From contig KZ538841.1 in the NCBI GenBank assembly GCA_000934665.2, positions 1 to 45,552 on the forward strand: 45,552 nt of DNA, written 5' to 3'. The notes beneath the pieces are model-generated. The model did no database searches. It had not been told where the DNA came from and worked only from the letters and a program-made list of their open reading frames with translations. Source of the DNA: Catajapyx aquilonaris (Eukaryota). Position numbers and translations under genes: made by a program. Below are positions 35,419 to 45,552 of the stretch, piece after piece. Every line of letters starts with the position of its first letter. Positions within the stretch are counted from its first letter, which is position 1.

Positions 35419-37225
35419 CGTGAACATTTGTCGTTTCAATAGGTTAAACTATAAGGAATTAGATGGAAAACGAAGATGGAAATGGTTGAAATCTAGGTGT
35501 TGCGTCTCTCGATAGAATCACCGAATAAATATCATGCAGTAATTCGGCTAAAGCCCCTTACTTCATACCAACTTATTTTAATTTTGTATTGTATATAATA
35601 TGTATAAGTTACATTTTCTATGATTTCACAAATTTTTGGCCTGCCTACGCCCTTGATCACCTATCACTCAACTGAATAGTTCTGCAACCTTCTAAATGTT
35701 ATAATATTATACTCATGAATGTGGCAGGATCTGTGCCACATGATTTTCCCTCCGACATAACTTGGAGCAGCGGTTGTGCATTGAATGACTTCTCCTCATA
35801 GATTTTCGGATGGTTTCTTAGGTTGCCATGCACCTCTGACTGAAGAAACTAGTCTCGACATTAGTATGCCAACTCGATTTGGAACCTTTTCCCTTCCTCC
35901 TCCTTCCCCTGTCCCCCCTCCCTCCCTCTCCACCAACCACCCGCACAGACCCCATTAACGACTTTTTACGATCCTCTACCCAGCACCGTCTCTCAGCCAA
36001 AAGCATGTGACTTGAACTCAGCCCGAGTAATTATCATGCCATTTTTAAAAGTCCTGCCCTTTTATTTCGACTTTTCCCATCATCCCCAGCTCTCGTAATT
36101 AGCTGTCACCCCTGTCTCTAGGCTAATGGCGCATGACGGTTTTCGCTAGAGATGGAGAAACCTGCCCGCTACCAAATGAAAATTTGGGCCCAGCTACCGA
36201 CATGCACTACCCGCTCTAGAAAGTGCAATAGACCCCACATGAAGGATCACAGCAGGTTGAAATTTTTCTCGCACCTGGTGTAATATTAAGCTATGAATCA
36301 GTGATGAGTGAATTGTTATGTGGGCCTAACATGATATATAATTACAGAGCATGCAGCATCAGTTATGCGATTGTTTGTGTAAATAAAAAAATAACATTTT
36401 TATTATTTTCTTAACTCTGGTGTGTATGGATGTGTGTGTATGAGTGGAAAAGATACTACACAATAATAGCAGACATAAATTGAAGTAGACTAATATGCAT
36501 CCATTAATGTTTCTGCCATTGAGTATTCTCAAAGGGACTAGATAAGTTAGCCCATTGTAGGCTAATACCCCACCAAGGGTTTCCACATGGTGCAAAAAAC
36601 ATTACATAATCATCAAGTTATTAAAATAATGTCACTTTTACAGTGTGGCTCAAAAATGAGTAATCATTGGTATCAAAGCCAGGGAAATCAAAATAAGCAA
36701 GATTGGCAAATCACGTGAGCGTGATTATACAGTAGTAGACTTTATGGCTCATTCTTTCAAGTATGAAACGTTGGTTAACATCATTGCGGCCGAGGACTTG
36801 CATCGCAAACCGGTCCAACTTCAGAAATTAATTGAACCATGGAATCAGAAAACAAGGTAAGTCCACTCCAAAATATCTTGGCACTTATGCACTTGTTGCT
36901 CTGAGCCTCGCTGTACACCAAACGTAGCATCGCAGGCACGCAAAACTCGGGTGGTAGGTGCGCCTGTCGAATCCATGATGATACAATAAGGTGTCATGAA
37001 TCCGATACGAGTAACGACGAGTGACGAATGGGAGCGGTGCCTTTTACCCCCCCCCCCCCCCCCCCNCCACCCTCTGGGCATCCATGGGTCTTCTGTACTT
37101 TCCGATTCCATGACGAGTTCGAGGCCACGTTGACTCCTCTGCAAATCACATTGATTGTCGCACCTGGACCAAACTAATATGGTATTTTTCTTGCGGCGAA
37201 TGCGTACCTATCCCCGGTGTCACGA

Positions 37226-37348
37226 AACCTCGTCGTTGGAGGTGAACTTGTGGCAGCACACTCTTTCATTGCATCAGACAGAGCATAGTAACTATTCGCA
37301 AGATCCAGTGAATATGGAAGATGAGGCAGCACGGTGTACCCTAGAGCC
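37226..37348 (-). pseudogene. Mariner transposase C-terminal fragment (inverted copy)
   Basis: LKALGYTVLPHLPYSLDLANSYYALSDAMKE is a degenerate form of the HPPYSPDLAPSDY motif. Confidence 0.8.
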
Positions 37349-37409
37349 TTCAGGATAATTATCAGTGGTGGAGCGACTGACATGTGGCTCCGTATTGTCG
37401 CGTCATGAC

Positions 37410-38553
37410 CTCTAGGGTACAGTACACCGTGCTGCATCATCTTCCATATTCACTGGATCTTGCGAATAGTGACTACTATAGCAGGTTGCCCGGCGTTGCC
37501 CGGGTACGTTGGGGGTGCTGGTGAAGGTAGGGGTACATAATTATACAGTATTTTAGGAAGTGTGTTTGTTTGTAAAAATTTCCCTTCCATACACTCGAAA
37601 CTCGATATGTCTTTAACTAGCCCTATAAGTTGCAATAAGCCAAAGTTTGTCACTATCTGTGATACAGTAGATTACCTGCTTGTCTTATAGCGTATAGTTG
37701 ACACATACATTCTGATTGGATGTGTAAAAAGAGGAATGCGGATGGAGTTGGCCCAGGAAAAGACTGCACAGCCATGTGTTTTTTCCCCTGCATTTTTGAC
37801 CCCTGGACCCCCCAACCCCACTTCACACCCCCACCTCGTTCCATATGTTGGCTCTGAAGAACTTTAGACATGTACGTACTGTACAGATGCATGGTGGGAA
37901 ATTTTGTTTTCAACACGGAGTAATATTTGTAAATACTGTATTATTTTATTTTATTTATTTTTGTCTGGAAGTCTACTTTGAAATCCCACAAAATCCCGGA
38001 ATGACCATACGATACGAACTCACGTGAGGTGGCCAATTAGAGTAATATTGGTGGATACGTTGAATTTACGTCGATGGTTTAATTTGCTAGGTATTGTTGC
38101 ATAAGGGCATTTCCATGGGAATGCAAATTGATATAATTATTGTTAATTGTTGATAAGTTAATTGTTGAGGCTCGTTAGTGAGAAAATTCGGGAATATGTG
38201 TGTTGTGGGAGTTAGGTTTATTTTCGGAAGCTGAAACATGCGGCGTTAGATTCCTTGAAAAAAGTAACCCCCAACGAGCTAGTTTAAGGCGATGTATGGA
38301 CCTTCCCCTGCATTTCTATAAGGGACAAACAAACTCACAAACAAACAAACTCACAAACTAACTAACTAAAATATAAATATATATGCTCTGTCTGATGCAA
38401 TGAAAGAGTGCGCTGTCACAAGTTCACCTCCAACGACGAGCTTCAGTCGGTTGTCCACGAGTGGTTCGGGGTACCCCCAAAGAATGGTTTTCTGCAGCAA
38501 TACGGAAACTGTCAGAACGGTGGCAACAGTGCATAGACATTGGCAGGGAATAC
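37410..38553 (+). pseudogene. Mariner transposase C-terminal fragment interrupted by a Helitron
   Basis: 37410-37475 gives HLPYSLDLANSD; 38384-38553 continues ALSDAMKE..HKFTSNDELQSVVHEW..GTPKEWFSAAIRKLSERWQQCIDIGREY, a typical mariner C-terminus with frameshifts. Confidence 0.82.
37476..38383 (-). mobile_element. Non-autonomous Helitron
   Basis: On the minus strand: 5' TATATATTTATATTTT followed by a (GTTT)n/GTGA microsatellite; 3' hairpin CCCGGGCAACGCCGGG then CTGCTATAG. Inserted between A and T without a TSD (empty site GACTA^TGCTCTG). Confidence 0.8.
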
Positions 38554-38685
38554 CCTAATGCACCATGCATTCATTCTATCCCATTAAGAGGGTCTGAAAT
38601 GACTAGATTAACTAGAAACTATTTAAGAGCGCCCTCCCTTGGGGTATCCAAACAAACAAACAAACAGCTTTATATACAGTATAGT
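38554..38685 (-). mobile_element. Helitron-like 5' terminal fragment
   Basis: The minus strand begins CTATACTGTATATAAAGCTGTTTGTTTGTTTGTTTGG, the same architecture as the neighbouring Helitron 5' end. Confidence 0.45.
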
Positions 38686-40123
38686 TAATGCACTGTATTT
38701 TCCTGAAATATTTTTTAAATTAGTACAGCTCTAGATTTAGTATCATTCACTGTATCTTTATTGTTCAGTAATAGGTTTGACACTATTTACTAAAAGCGAG
38801 CAGTAAATAACGATATATCGCAGATAAAAGAAGGTATCCATAAGGTAATCCATACATCAAAGCGGGAAGATCGGACATTTTTTGTTGTTAGAGAAGATAC
38901 GGAACCTGTATTTCCATTCCGGAATCTTTTCAGTGCAGTGTGCTTAATATATCTTTTGCTCAGTAGGTACACATGTTACAGTGCAGAATATTTGCAATCG
39001 TACCAAATGACATGACAGCATTTCGAAATGAAAACAGAAATTCAATAATACCTACATGTGCAACATAAGCCCGTGACTTAGGCACGGCATGCCTACCTCT
39101 TCTTTTATGAAATCTGTGAGCCGATGTGAGCATCAGGCAGCAGGAATGAACCACAATGAAATGCACCCTCTAGCTAGACCCTCCTCCTCCTTAGCCCCTG
39201 TAAAATTCCCGGCCGTTAATGCACAATAAAATTTAATGAGTTGACAGACCCAAGTTTTCTCCATTAGCAATAAGTAGTTATTCATGTTTGCTGATGACCT
39301 CGGAACCAGGCCTCATTAGGGGAACGAAGGTGGGTCGTTTGAATGGGAATGAGCTTGTTGAGAGACAAGGAACGTTGCGACACAAAGGAACTGTTGCTGC
39401 TGCCGAATTTCCATGCTCGTTTATTCCCCCAAATCCTCTTCGCTCCCCTTCCCCTTCCCCACTGGTCCCAGCAGGTACATAAGAGGGCCCTACCTATTCC
39501 TACTAATTATCACATTATACTAGAATAGTATTTGGGAGCTTGTAAGCAGTCTTTTTTGTCTCCTTAAATTACTTTGTAGTGTGCTTCAACAGGAAGGTTA
39601 GCAATATGGAAACAATCTAGTGCAAAATATGATTCGCTCCAAGTTCTTCTGCATTATTTGCGCTAAATATTTCAAAATTAAACGCTGATGAAATAATGCT
39701 AACAGAAGTATGTATTACGTTTAGATTGCACGTGTACTGTACAGTACATGAGAACCTTGACCTCCTGAATATGCTTGGTTAATTGAAACTCGACATAGGT
39801 GTTCGTAGAAACTCAGCTCGCAATTGTCCCGTAGCTCCACATTAGCCAAATAGGGACAGAGACTACACGTTAATGTTAGCGTACCTTTGAGGGCGGAAAG
39901 GATCAATTAACATTCATCCGCCATAGTCGAATTACCTCTTTATGTGATGAATTTGAAGTTTGAGTATTAACAATACAATATTATGCTACTTCCCGACATA
40001 GCATAAATAAATTATGGAGTAGAGCGATCATCCTGTTCCTACCAAGTTAATCTATCAGTGTCTTATGACAAAGGTATTTTCATGTTTATATGTGTAACAA
40101 TACTTATCTTTAAATAGATTACA

Positions 40124-40312
40124 GAACCGAAGCAGTAGTGGTGGAGTGGATAGGGTATCCGACTGCTAATCGGGAGGTCCTGGGTTCGAATCCCGGAGGC
40201 CGGCGACCCTGACCATGGTTTTCTGTGGTTTCCCATGGTCCTTGCAGAATAATTCCGGGGTCGTTACCGTAATATAGGCCACAGCCGCTTCCTTCCTTCC
40301 CTTTCCCTGCTT
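40124..40312 (+). mobile_element. tRNA-derived SINE
   Basis: A-box-like TGGTGGAGTGG, stem-loop CCGA-CTGCTAA-TCGG, B box GGTTCGAATCC, then body GGTTTTCTGTGGTTTCC...TAGGCCACAGCCGCTTCCTTCC. Confidence 0.88.
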
Positions 40313-40418
40313 CATTCCGAAGATGAGAAAAATAGTTAAAAAATGGAAGAGTTCCAGACAAAAAAATTTGGAGAAATCCCCCCCTAGGAAGGCCCGTAGG
40401 CTGATAATGGGGTATCAA

Positions 40419-40487
<69 letters not shown>
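40419..40487. repeat. (ATT)n microsatellite
   Basis: About 23 ATT units. Confidence 0.97.
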
Positions 40488-40490
<3 letters not shown>

Positions 40491-42390
40491 AGATTACAGA
40501 GATGAGGGAATTAGTTTTTTCAATATTTGAGAAAATAATGTCTGCGAGTGTCAGTAGTTCCGGAAAGATGGACCGGAGTCAGAGTGGCACCAATTTTTAA
40601 AGGGGGTGACCCACAGGTGGCGGCAAATTACAGGCCGATTTCTCTGAAAAATAATATCTTAAAATTTTTCACGTCAATTCTGGCCGATAGGTTGAGGAGG
40701 TGGATCGATGTGAATAACGCGCTACCTGAGACACAAGCTGCCTTTAGACCTGGAAGAGGCTGTATAGATAACATATTTGTTTTACAAACTCTGATCCAGC
40801 GATAATCAGGAAGGAAGAAGGGGAAGCTATATGCTTTATTTGTGGACCTAGCTACAGTCTTTGATTCAATTGAGCATAATCTACTTTGGGAATGTCTAGT
40901 GAAAATAGGAATCAGTTCAAAATTTATCAAACTGTTGATAGATATTTATAAAAAGGCGAGTGTCATTCACGAATACGGGAAGGGAGGCGATTCCAATAGG
41001 TAAAGGAATTCTACAAGGAGAGCCACTTTCTCCCTTGTATTTAATATGTTTATCGCAGGACTGGAGGATGAACTAATTGAGAAGGGTGCCCCGGGAGTAA
41101 ATTTGGCGCCGAATCAAAAAGATATCATGTTATTGGCCTTCGCAGATGAGATTTTGGTGGAGAATCCGGCCTACTTGAAGAAACAAATAACGGTTCTGGA
41201 AAACTTTCTCAGTAAGAAGGAGCTAAGAATTAACGTGACTAAAAGTAAAATTGTGGTGTTTCGAAAAGGTGGTAGGGTTTCCAAGAAAATTAACTTTCTC
41301 TGTTCCGGACAAAAACCGGAGATAATGCAATATTATATTTACCTAGGGATATCTTTCTCGGCCTCGACCAAATTTGTCCACGCCATGACAATATATAAGT
41401 CTAAGGCGAGGAAGGCAATTGGGCAATTCTGGCCCACACTAAAGAAGTTACAAGTCAGGGATGTTTCAGTAGCAATAAGACTGTTTTCAGAAAAAGTAGT
41501 GCAAATTATCCAATACGGATTACCGGTATGCTGGGGTATAGGAACTACAGAAAATTCAAACACAATTCCTAAGGAAAATTTTGTCAGATTGGAAACTGGT
41601 GTTCAAAAATTGGAAGGGAGATTATCAGACAAGTGACGATATTCGTGAACAAGGTTCTTATGTACCCAGAGGATTCATTAATGTACAGAGCGTTGGTTAG
41701 TGCAATAAATAACAAGCAAGGGAACAGTAACTCATTAGTATAACATGGGCCACATCTATCAACAAGATTTTGGGGAAATAAGAGCTACCAGAAATGAGTC
41801 TCAACAAGCTTGACCTTCAGCTATTAGGTAGGAATGTCGCGGTAAAATGCTCAGCTGACGACTTAACAAAGTTACAAAATTCTACTCAATACAACTACTA
41901 TGAAGAGATGATTCTGTTGGAGAATGCAGAGAACTATTTGCATTTAAATTTGCCTTTGAATGACACAAGAGTAATATGTAATCTAAGGAATAACTCGTCA
42001 TCATTGTGGCTGAAGGGCCATAAGTTGCAATTCTTATTAGAGGAACCTTTCACTTGCCACCATTTAATGACAGAATGTGTCCAAACTCGGTTTGCTAGGA
42101 AGAAATACCTCACTATGCTGCCATCCGTACCGCCTGACAAAATCCATTGGCTGTGTGCTGCCCCAACTTCTGAGACTGCTTTTTGTATATAGCCTGTAGT
42201 TTTTTTTCTGGTGGTTGTCCAAGTGTTGGACCTTTGTGAAATGAGATAACGGTAATTTTTTGAGAATGTGTTAGATAAAGTCGAGACAAAATAATGTAGG
42301 CCTATCTGTATATATTAATGTCTGGAGGGAGTTTCCCCCAAAAAGGCCGCCCCGGCCCAAAGCGGGGTAATACAAAAAAAGTACTTATCT
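40488..42390 (+). mobile_element. 5'-truncated, decayed non-LTR (LINE) retrotransposon: RT domain and C-terminus
   Basis: VPERWTGVRVAPIFKGGDPQVAANYRPISL, QAAFRPGRGCIDNIFVL, LYALFVDLATVFDSI, KGILQGEPLSP, LLAFADE, LRINVTKSKIV and YIYLGISF appear across several frames. A-rich 3' end at ~42370-42380. Confidence 0.92.
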
Positions 42391-42489
42391 TTCAATTGAA
42401 AGTGTAGGTGTTTTGAGAGAGCGCCTTCACATCCAAACTTTATAATTGATATTAAGGAGGTTGGCCCAGCTTTGCCTCTTCAAGCTCCA

Positions 42490-42660
42490 AGGACAGGGAA
42501 GGAAGGAAGCGGCTGTGGCCTATTATACGGAAGCGACCCCGGAATTATCCTAGGAAGACCATGGAAAACCACGGTCAGGATCGTCGGCCCCGGGATTCGA
42601 ACCCAGGACCTCCCGATTAGCAGTCGGCGCCTTATCGACCATGCCAACCTGCTTCGGTTC
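42490..42660 (-). mobile_element. tRNA-derived SINE (same family as 40124-40312)
   Basis: Reverse complement: GAACCGAAGCAGGTTGGCATGGTCGATAAGGCGCCGACTGCTAATCGGGAGGTCCTGGGTTCGAATCCCGG...TAGGCCACAGCCGCTTCCTTCCTTCCCTG. Confidence 0.88.
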
Positions 42661-42768
42661 ACATCCAAACTGTCGCTGAAGAATTTTCTACATAGGCACA
42701 CACATTTATTTTTAAAGAATAGTAGGCCTACGTGATATGCACGATGTGTGAAAAACAACCTTATACTA

Positions 42769-44135
42769 TCTATAATATTAAAATCCTTGCGTTGTTTGGT
42801 TATGCCCTCTGATTGGTCCGCCGCATATTGTTGTTATCACCACCTTCCGATTGGTTCGCGTTCAGCGCATGAGCAATGGATGGTGGAACGCCTCAGTACG
42901 TAGCTAGCTGGCTGCTGACAAGTACACAACACGAGTCGTCTCTCCCGTCACCTCAACCGCTCTCCCTGTTCCTCCCCCCCCCCCCCNCCCTGTTCCCCCC
43001 CCCCCCCCCCTTTCATCGCTACGGGGTGCCAAATGGGTTGTTGGGTATAGAAAGAAAGGGCCGCATGCACGGGCGTGTGACTGTGTGAGTGGGTCACCGA
43101 CCTCTCAGTGGCGCGGGTGTTAGAAATGATGCCTTTTCGAATGTTACCATAATTGGTCTGATTGCCTTAGAACTAAAAGCGTAGCCACGATTAGAACGCG
43201 GAGGTTTTCAGTCCGCCTTCCCCCTCCCCCTCCCCGTTCGATTCCATTCGCGGGTTCACAGAAGGAAGTTGAGTGTAGGAGGGTACCTCTCGAAGACCGT
43301 ACTTCCAACCCGTGAAAGCACCGTGCGGATTTAGAATTTCCTGTGCCCGTACACCGGTGATCCAAAGTCGACGAGCCATTATCTCCTACCTCGACAGCCT
43401 TGGAAGGTTCGAACACGTTCGAATGTGGGGGGCGGGGGCGGAGACATGACAACAGAGGGGCAACAATAACTGCCTTCTATTGTTGCACAAACATACGGTA
43501 GACTCACTTCGACAGATAGCTTGCAAAGCCATCTTGATCTACCGTATTTTTACTACTATGCACCCTTAAACAAGAATGGAAAATTACGTGAGCGTAATGC
43601 CGTGATTAGAGTAGACTTTTTCAGGTTTGCTGCTATTGTCCCCAACGTCAGTCACGGGACTGGGAGGGAGGAAAGGGTGATCTGGATGAGGGGACGGTGG
43701 GGGGACTGGGAGGTCAAGGGGAAATGGACTATTGGACTGTCTGGGGAGAATGGGGGAAGGGGTAGTTGTTGGGAGGGGGTAGTTGTGGGGAGGGAGCAGA
43801 CAGGGGGAAGGGGCGGATAGAGTGAACCCGGAATCCGAAAATTGAAAAAGTCTTATAGCACGGCCCTGTCTGTCTGATACCTGTCCACAGACAGACAGAC
43901 AGACATATGCGTTCTATTAGGCTTTTTTCTGCGAAAAAGTCTAAAAGGAAGGCGGGGAGAGAGGGTGGGTGGATGGGAGATTGCGGAGGGTTGTTAGATC
44001 CATGGGCATAATTACTGGCTAAGTCCGAAGGGATATGGCATTCACCACATGCCGCAGGCCTAGAAAAAGCGAGCGAAGCGAGTAGCTTTCTAGGACTGCG
44101 CCATGAAAATGCGAGCGAAGCGAGGGTTTTACTAG
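42769..44135 (+). mobile_element. Non-autonomous Helitron
   Basis: A|TCTATAATATTAAAAT 5' end; 3' end GCGAGCGAAGCGAGGGTTTTACTAG|T. This gives 5'-TC and CTAG-3' termini at an A^T target. Confidence 0.72.
43825..43946. mobile_element. Terminal part of a nested (CAGA)n-bearing repeat (same family as 12095-12226)
   Basis: CTGATACCTGTCCACAGACAGACAGACAGAC followed by a hairpin (TAGGCTTTTT..AAAAAGTCTA) and AAA. Confidence 0.5.
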
Positions 44136-45552
44136 TACGAATAAATTTCTGCTGTAGGAATTGCGCTCATAAAGATAATAAAGCTAATTTTTCCGTCACA
44201 TATAGGGTCAACCTTTTCTGTGCTTAACAAAAATAATGATCATCATCCAGCACAAGCATCAAATGATCATAAATTCTTAAGGATCCGCACGAGTATCACT
44301 GCATAAGGTCCACATATCCCCCACCTATAAATCCGACCAGATGAATGTCATTGCATTGTAAATTTGAAGATTATGAACCCCTGGGTTTGCCTGCATGGTC
44401 CTGGAGCAAACATGGTTTTCATAGGTGCATTGCAGGAGTCGTATTTGTCCGGTTGATGAGGGCTCCATTTTGAAGCAGGCACGCAAACAGCTAAACGTCC
44501 TCATCCAGTGCGCTCTACATAGCTACATATTACACTAATTCGTCCGGATTCAAATCTCTATATATCATCTCGGTCCTGAATATCCAGCGGCAGGGTTGCA
44601 GAGAGAATACCGCTAGATGACTAATGACCGCCGGGCATTTGCAAAGCTCCAGACCTGCACACTGCTCATAAAGTTATACTGCTATAACTCGGGGAAACCA
44701 AACCGCAATTATGCTCCCTGCCCTCTACATTATCGCACGACAACTTACCCGGCAAACCTGCTCTGTAATTCATTTAGGTTTTACGCTGTTTTGGATCTTT
44801 TCCGAGGGAAGTGGTGAAGCGTCCTGTTCGAACTCGGAAAATTGTCCTCGTATCCAGCCTTCCTGGACAACAGATCTGGCTTGGTCGGACTGGTCCAGGG
44901 TCACTATATAGCCAGGATTCCTTTTCAAGTGAAGTCAGTCAATGAAGGATACGTGGTGTTTCAAAACACACTTCTCGTGTGAATTTTGTTACTGGGATAT
45001 AGTGTATTTCAGACTTAATGTGTGAAATAGCTTGGAAAGTTAGCGACCATTCAATTTTTCAACTTTGAAATGTCCCCAGAAGGTAATTTTAATGCACATG
45101 ATTTTTATTTATATTTTTACAGCAATGGTAAGTAAATTATGCTCAATTTTGAGCATCACATATTGCGCACCACAACTGTTATTTAATAACATTGATATAG
45201 CCTACAGTATGCACAGTTATGTGGGCCCATTGTAAAACCCCACTTGAAGGGTTCCCACATTTTGCAACCAGCATTACTCAATATTATCGATATCATTAGA
45301 TATCATTCCTAGCAAACAAGATGTGGCTCTAAAAATTTGACAGGATCTATTGTTTTGAAATATGAAAGGAATCTGAACGTTCCACACACAATTTCCTTCA
45401 CGGGCCTTGTTAAAATTGAAACAACAATGTACTTGTGTTCACCCCAATTTACAAAACTAACAAGGGAAGTGTCTGTAGGGCCATCGGCCAATCGGCCCGA
45501 AAATGACACTAGGGGTAAATCGCAGGCCAGAAATTCATTGGTGAAAGTAAAA

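Noticed and set aside
40124..40205. tRNA-Ser(GCT) gene, also at 42585-42660
   Set aside because: There is no proper acceptor stem and the sequence continues into a shared SINE body, so it is a SINE head.
40323..40505. Poly-Ile ORF
   Set aside because: Translation of the (ATT)n microsatellite.
40548..42192. Functional reverse transcriptase, retron or other RT system
   Set aside because: Multiple stops and frameshifts, the catalytic motif is degraded (FADE), and it is 5'-truncated: an ordinary dead LINE.

Overview
This is eukaryotic, transposon-rich DNA, most likely from an arthropod. That inference rests on the chemoreceptor type, the SINE types and the (TTAGG)n tract; the species cannot be determined. 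Only one intact protein-coding gene is supported: an intronless, divergent ionotropic receptor (IR, variant iGluR family) at 15026-17014 (+). The rest is a mosaic of non-autonomous DNA transposons, often nested: Tc1/mariner- and pogo-type MITEs with TA TSDs, Buster-type hAT MITEs with 8-bp nnnTAnnn TSDs, PIF/Harbinger and Sola-like elements, and Helitrons. There are also tRNA-derived SINEs, decayed LINE RT fragments, and decayed mariner, Tc1 and Ulp1-like coding remnants. The most unusual structure is a 3.1-kb TIR element (7842-10966) carrying a 1.6-kb foldback element (8857-10489, TAG termini, TTA TSD) built from a ~165-170-bp tandem repeat that switches orientation internally. I found no CRISPR array, rRNA, real tRNA gene or prokaryotic system, and no convincing novel multi-gene system. 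Nearly all short ORFs in the track are non-coding. All calls were made by eye without database searches.
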